A stretch of DNA of 17,341 nt. Origin: Armatimonadota bacterium. GTDB taxonomy: Bacteria > Armatimonadota > UBA10988. Positions 13,304-17,341 of this stretch are shown piece after piece. Every line of letters begins with the position of its first letter. The stretch's first letter is position 1. Both the position numbers and the translations under genes were made by a program. Where the stretch lies: positions 1 through 17,341 of the forward strand of contig JACRKZ010000165.1 in NCBI GenBank assembly GCA_016235455.1, read 5' to 3'. The notes beneath the pieces are model-generated. The model saw nothing but the letters and a program-made list of their open reading frames with translations, was not told where the DNA came from and ran no database searches.

Positions 13304-16009
13304 TCAATAGACTCGTTGCTCGACCACCTTGCCGTCGCGCCAGGTGATGTCCACTGTCGCGCCGCCACGCGCGCGGAGGCCGGTGACCCGGCCGTTGGCC
13401 CAGGCTTTGGGCAGTGCCGGCAGCAGTTCGATCTTGCCGCCATGCGACTGCATGAGCATCTCGGCCAGGCCGGCGGCGCCCGAGGTGTTGCCATCGAGCA
13501 CGAAGATGTTCTGCGGCGCCCCGGCGATGCCACCGCGTGAGAAGGTCAGCAGATCGGTGTCGGTGTCCTCGCGCAGCAAGCCGAGCAAGGCGCGATGCGC
13601 CGCCTCGCCGTCGCGCAGCCGGGCCTGGTAGCAGACGGCGTTGCCGGCGCTCCACTCCACGTCTTCCCAGTCGGGCCGGTCCATGCGCAGTTGCAGCGAG
13701 CGGGCCGCGGCCCTGGCCAGTTCGGGCGTGGTGCCGGGCGTGATCTGGTCGAACGGGAACAGCCCCACCAAGTGGCTGGTGTGACGGTGGCTGGTCTCGC
13801 CGCCATCGTCCTGATAGGGCCATTCGAGCAACTGCTGGTTGCGGCCGATCTCATAGGGCGGCAGCTTGGCCAGCGCGGCCTCGACCCGCGCGCGCAAGTC
13901 GGGCTCGACCTCCAGCGCGCGGCTGGCGGCGATGACCTGGCCGAACAACTCGGCGATGACCGCGCGGTCGTGCACCGAGCCTGGCCCGGCCTCGCCACCA
14001 CGCTCGGGGGAGACCGACGGGCCCGCCACCAGATGGCCGTGCCGCGGCTCGGTGAACAGGTAAGCCAGGTAGAACTCGGCGGCGCCCCGCAGCACCGGCC
14101 AGGCCTGCCTGGCCAGGAAGTCGCGGTCGCCGGTGTAGAGATAGTGCTCCCACAGATGCGTGGCGATCCAGGCGCCGCCGGTGACGTGCAGGCCCCAGCC
14201 GCCGCCCCAGCCGGGCGCGGTGTAGCCCCAGGCGTTGGTGAAGACGTGGCAGACCCAGCCCTGGTCCAGCCCGTAAGTGGCCTTGGCCGTGCGGTGGCCC
14301 GGCGCCTGGAGCGACTCGATCAGCCGGAACAGCGGCGCGGTACACTCGCTCAAGTTGCCCGATTCGGCAGTCCAGTAGTTCTGCTGGGTGTTGATGTCCA
14401 GGTGGAAATCGCAGGTCCAGCCCATGTTGCAGGCCAGATTGTCGTTCCACAGGCCCTGCAGGTGCATCGGCAGCGGCGAATCGGCGCGCGAGCCGGCGAT
14501 GGTCAGGTAGCGCGCGTACTGATAGAACAGCGCGCAGAGCTGCGGGTCGTCGCCGCCGGCGCGCAATGCCGCATGGCGGGCGTCGGTCGGCGTGTTGGCC
14601 GCCTGCAGGCCGCCCAGGTCCAGCGTCACGCGCCGGTACAGCGGCTGGTGGTCGGCGATGTGCGCCGCGCGGATGGCCGCGTAGTCGCGGGCCGAGGCGA
14701 TCTCCTGGTCGCAGGCAGCTACAGCGTCGCGGCCCGCGTAGTCGGTACGGAGCGCCACGAGCACGGTGACCGCGTCGGCGCCGGTGACCTTCAGCTCGGC
14801 CCGACCCGGCTCCATTCGGCCGCCGGTGGGCACGAGCCGGATCAGCGCGCGATAGGCCACGCCGCACTTGCCGTCGCTCTGCACGGTCTCATACGCGTGA
14901 CCGGTGACCTCGAGCGTGTCCGGGCCGAGCACGCGCGTCTGGCACGGCAGGCGGCCACCGTCGTAGCGCAGCGCGAAGCTGATCGAGGCAGCCTTGTCGG
15001 CGGTCAGGCGCAGCGCCAGCAGGCCGGCGGGATGGCTGGCCAGCATCTCGCGCTGGTAGCGCACGCCACCGGCGGCAAACGCGGTGCGGGCCAGCGCCTG
15101 GTCCAGGTCCAGTTCGCGCCGGTAGTCGCCGATGGGGCCGTCGATGCCGCTCTGGCTCAGCAGCAGGTCGCCCGCGGGCAGGTTGCTGCCGTAGTTGCCC
15201 TGACGGCCGAGCATGGCGCCGATCAGCGGCTGGGCCTCGGCATAGCGGCCGGCGCGGAACAGCTCGCGGATCTGGGCGAACGCGGCGGGCGCCTCGGGGT
15301 TGTCGTGCTGGTCGCTGGCGGCGCCGGACCAGAACGTGATCTCGTTGAGCGCGAGCCGCTCCTCGGCCGGCCCGCCGAAGACCATGGCGCCCACACGGCC
15401 GTTGCCGATGGGCAGCGCCTCCAGCCAGCGCTCGGCCGGCCGGCGGTACCACAGGCAGTGCGTCGGCTCGGGCGGCGGCGGCGCTTCGCCGACGAAGGTC
15501 AGCGGCACCGGCAGGTCGGTCGCCGGCTCGGCGGCGTCGCGGCTCAGGCGCAAGTTGCCCAGGGCGATATGGTCGGCGGCGATGCCGTCACCGGCGTCGG
15601 TTCCCACGAGTCGCAGCTCCTTCGCCCCACCGAGGGGCAGATGCACGTAGACCGGCTCCTGCCGGATGCGCAGCACCGGTGTCTCGAAGACCTGCCGGCC
15701 ATCGAGCCAGACCTGGACGGTGACCGAGCCCTTGTCGGTCATGTCGGCGCTGACTCCGGCGTAGAACGTCAGCCAGCGGTCAGCCGGGTCGATCTGGTAG
15801 ACTAGCTCCGCGGGCGCATGGAGCGTCAGCCCATGGCGAAAGCGCGTGCCGCCGATGGCCAACGGACCGCCAGACAGGTTGGCGCGGTCGGTGGGCTTGC
15901 CCCAGCCGACCGAGACGCGCGTCGCGCCGGCCAGGTCCAAGTACACCTGGTCGGCGGACGCAGACGCCACCAAGCCCAGCATCAGCCACGCCGCCAGCAG
16001 CTTCGTCAT
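13304..16009 (-). CDS. Secreted GH95 glycoside hydrolase (alpha-L-fucosidase/alpha-L-galactosidase-like) with N-terminal NPCBM/NEW2 domain, 901 aa
   Basis: Signal peptide; NPCBM-like GWG...GGPLAIGG..F.HGL..HAP...GAKELRLVGTDAGDG..DH. GH95 motifs LWYRRPA..W.EALPIGNGRVGAM, LNEITFWSG, YRRELDL, YARYLTIAGSR, LQGLWN, INTQQNYW, SVSPE, HRHTSHL, DGN...GLAEMLMQSH, LLPALP..W..G.V.GLRARGG. Confidence 0.92.
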   Translation of the reverse strand: MTKLLAAWLMLGLVASASADQVYLDLAGATRVSVGWGKPTDRANLSGGPLAIGGTRFRHGLTLHAPAELVYQIDPADRWLTFYAGVSADMTDKGSVTVQVWLDGRQVFETPVLRIRQEPVYVHLPLGGAKELRLVGTDAGDGIAADHIALGNLRLSRDAAEPATDLPVPLTFVGEAPPPPEPTHCLWYRRPAERWLEALPIGNGRVGAMVFGGPAEERLALNEITFWSGAASDQHDNPEAPAAFAQIRELFRAGRYAEAQPLIGAMLGRQGNYGSNLPAGDLLLSQSGIDGPIGDYRRELDLDQALARTAFAAGGVRYQREMLASHPAGLLALRLTADKAASISFALRYDGGRLPCQTRVLGPDTLEVTGHAYETVQSDGKCGVAYRALIRLVPTGGRMEPGRAELKVTGADAVTVLVALRTDYAGRDAVAACDQEIASARDYAAIRAAHIADHQPLYRRVTLDLGGLQAANTPTDARHAALRAGGDDPQLCALFYQYARYLTIAGSRADSPLPMHLQGLWNDNLACNMGWTCDFHLDINTQQNYWTAESGNLSECTAPLFRLIESLQAPGHRTAKATYGLDQGWVCHVFTNAWGYTAPGWGGGWGLHVTGGAWIATHLWEHYLYTGDRDFLARQAWPVLRGAAEFYLAYLFTEPRHGHLVAGPSVSPERGGEAGPGSVHDRAVIAELFGQVIAASRALEVEPDLRARVEAALAKLPPYEIGRNQQLLEWPYQDDGGETSHRHTSHLVGLFPFDQITPGTTPELARAAARSLQLRMDRPDWEDVEWSAGNAVCYQARLRDGEAAHRALLGLLREDTDTDLLTFSRGGIAGAPQNIFVLDGNTSGAAGLAEMLMQSHGGKIELLPALPKAWANGRVTGLRARGGATVDITWRDGKVVEQRVY

Positions 16010-17340
16010 GGCGCAAACAACTCCGGCAGCCGCCGCCGGATGAGCGCCTGGTCGTCGGCCGGTAGCGCGGTCAGCGGCGTCGGCTTGTCCTGCGGGCGTG
16101 TGCCCTTCTGGTTGATGCGGTTGAGCAGGCTCCAGTTGCGCGTGATGCCGGTCGGCTCGGCCGCATGCAGGTCGTAGCGCGTGAAGTCGATGACCGTCTC
16201 GGGGCCGTTGGCTTGCCAGTCGCGCAGCAGCGCCAGGCGGAAGTCGCGGTTCATGAACCAGCGGATCTCCAGGTTGGCGTCCGACCCGCCGATGCCGCTG
16301 CCGCGTTCGACGAAGCGGTAGTCCAGTCTGCTGTTGTCCGAGTGCTGTGCCCGGAACGCCTCGCCGAACTCACCCTCGGTGATGCAGCGCGCATCGGGCC
16401 AGCGCCGCCGCACCTCGGCGCCGTAGGCCGGCAGGTGCTCGGTGCCGCCGATGCTCACCTCCCAGATGACCGTCGCCCAGCCGAAGCCGTTGCGCCGGAA
16501 GCCGTCGTCGAAGTGCAGGCCGGTGGTGAAAACCTGCTCGGCCAGGCCCTTTTCGACGCCGTGGTGGCTGAGGATGGTCTCGATGGGTCCCAGGCCGAGC
16601 CGGCTATTGTGGCCCTCGGCGAAGCCCAGCCGGCGCGCGGCCAGGAAGTCGCACGACCAGCCGTCGAGGCAGACGCAGTCAATCAGGTCGGCCGCCTGCT
16701 GCGCGGGTTTGCAGTAGTGCTCGCGGCTGGGGTAGTAGGGATAGCAGATCGAGCCGTCGCCGTCGCCGTTGTCGATGCCGAACTGGCTCCAGATGGTGCC
16801 CTGGCAGACGTGGATGCCCTCCTGCTCGGCCAGGAAGCGCAGGTTCTCCGCGGCCAGGAAGCCGGCCACCACGCTCTTGGGCCGGTAGCCGCCGCCGACC
16901 ATCTCGCTGACCAAGGCCAGCCCGTCGTGCAGGTCGCGGTTGGTCTGCTCGCGGGTGTTGTGCATGGGCGAGAAGTAGGCGCCGGGGATGAAGGTGATCT
17001 CGTCGCCAAGCTCGCGCTGATAGGTCGTCACCAGGTGGCGAATGGCCACGTAGTTGGGCCGCGGGTCCTGCAGTGCCAGCCAACTCAACGCCCAGGTCAT
17101 GCGCGCGCCGGGGAAGGCCAGCGCCAGGTTCTCGCGCATGGCGCGCACGGCCTCGGGCGTGTGCAGCGCGGCTTCGTCGCTACCGGCGTTCTGCGTGCGC
17201 GTGACCTCGATCTGGTTGACGCGGATCAGGCCAACGAAGGTCAGGTAGCGACCGCCGAGCAGCGGCGTGGTGGGCGCCGAGCCGGCCGTGGCCAGGAGCG
17301 CGGCGGTGGACAGCAAGGCGCTGGCGGACGAGACGAACAT
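16006..17340 (-). CDS. DUF3863/DUF3864-domain secreted protein (start may lie beyond window)
   Basis: RYLTF...IRVNQIEVTR, MTWALSWLAL, GDEITFIPGAYF, GGYRPKSVVAGFL, QGTIWSQ..IDNGDGDGSICYPYYPSREH, RWFMNRDFRLALLRDW, VIDFTRYD, NWSLLNRINQKG.RPQD. The stop overlaps the GH95 start (ATGA). Confidence 0.78.
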   Translation of the reverse strand: MFVSSASALLSTAALLATAGSAPTTPLLGGRYLTFVGLIRVNQIEVTRTQNAGSDEAALHTPEAVRAMRENLALAFPGARMTWALSWLALQDPRPNYVAIRHLVTTYQRELGDEITFIPGAYFSPMHNTREQTNRDLHDGLALVSEMVGGGYRPKSVVAGFLAAENLRFLAEQEGIHVCQGTIWSQFGIDNGDGDGSICYPYYPSREHYCKPAQQAADLIDCVCLDGWSCDFLAARRLGFAEGHNSRLGLGPIETILSHHGVEKGLAEQVFTTGLHFDDGFRRNGFGWATVIWEVSIGGTEHLPAYGAEVRRRWPDARCITEGEFGEAFRAQHSDNSRLDYRFVERGSGIGGSDANLEIRWFMNRDFRLALLRDWQANGPETVIDFTRYDLHAAEPTGITRNWSLLNRINQKGTRPQDKPTPLTALPADDQALIRRRLPELFAP

Positions 17341-17341
17341 C

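Overview
GC-rich bacterial window with two parts. Bases 1-4708 are a head-to-tail array of at least five flagellin genes: one cut by the window edge, three complete near-identical minimal 274-aa flagellins, and one strongly divergent 257-aa flagellin-like gene. The three complete canonical copies each have a sigma28 (FliA)-type promoter and a 5' leader sharing a two-hairpin architecture with a conserved TTCT(AG)TTGT loop motif. This candidate cis-regulatory RNA element is the most interesting signal found. Bases 4835-17341 are a glycan-catabolism-flavoured region: a DUF6785/DUF6784-type polytopic membrane protein followed by a PL8 lyase, a secreted protein of unknown function, a PhyH-family dioxygenase, a Tat-exported sulfatase, an NPCBM-GH95 and a DUF3863/DUF3864 protein, with REP-like palindromic elements between convergent genes. 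Gene content is reminiscent of Armatimonadota or similar lineages (inference only). No rRNA, tRNA, CRISPR array or transposase was seen. Family assignments come from motif recognition, not database searches.
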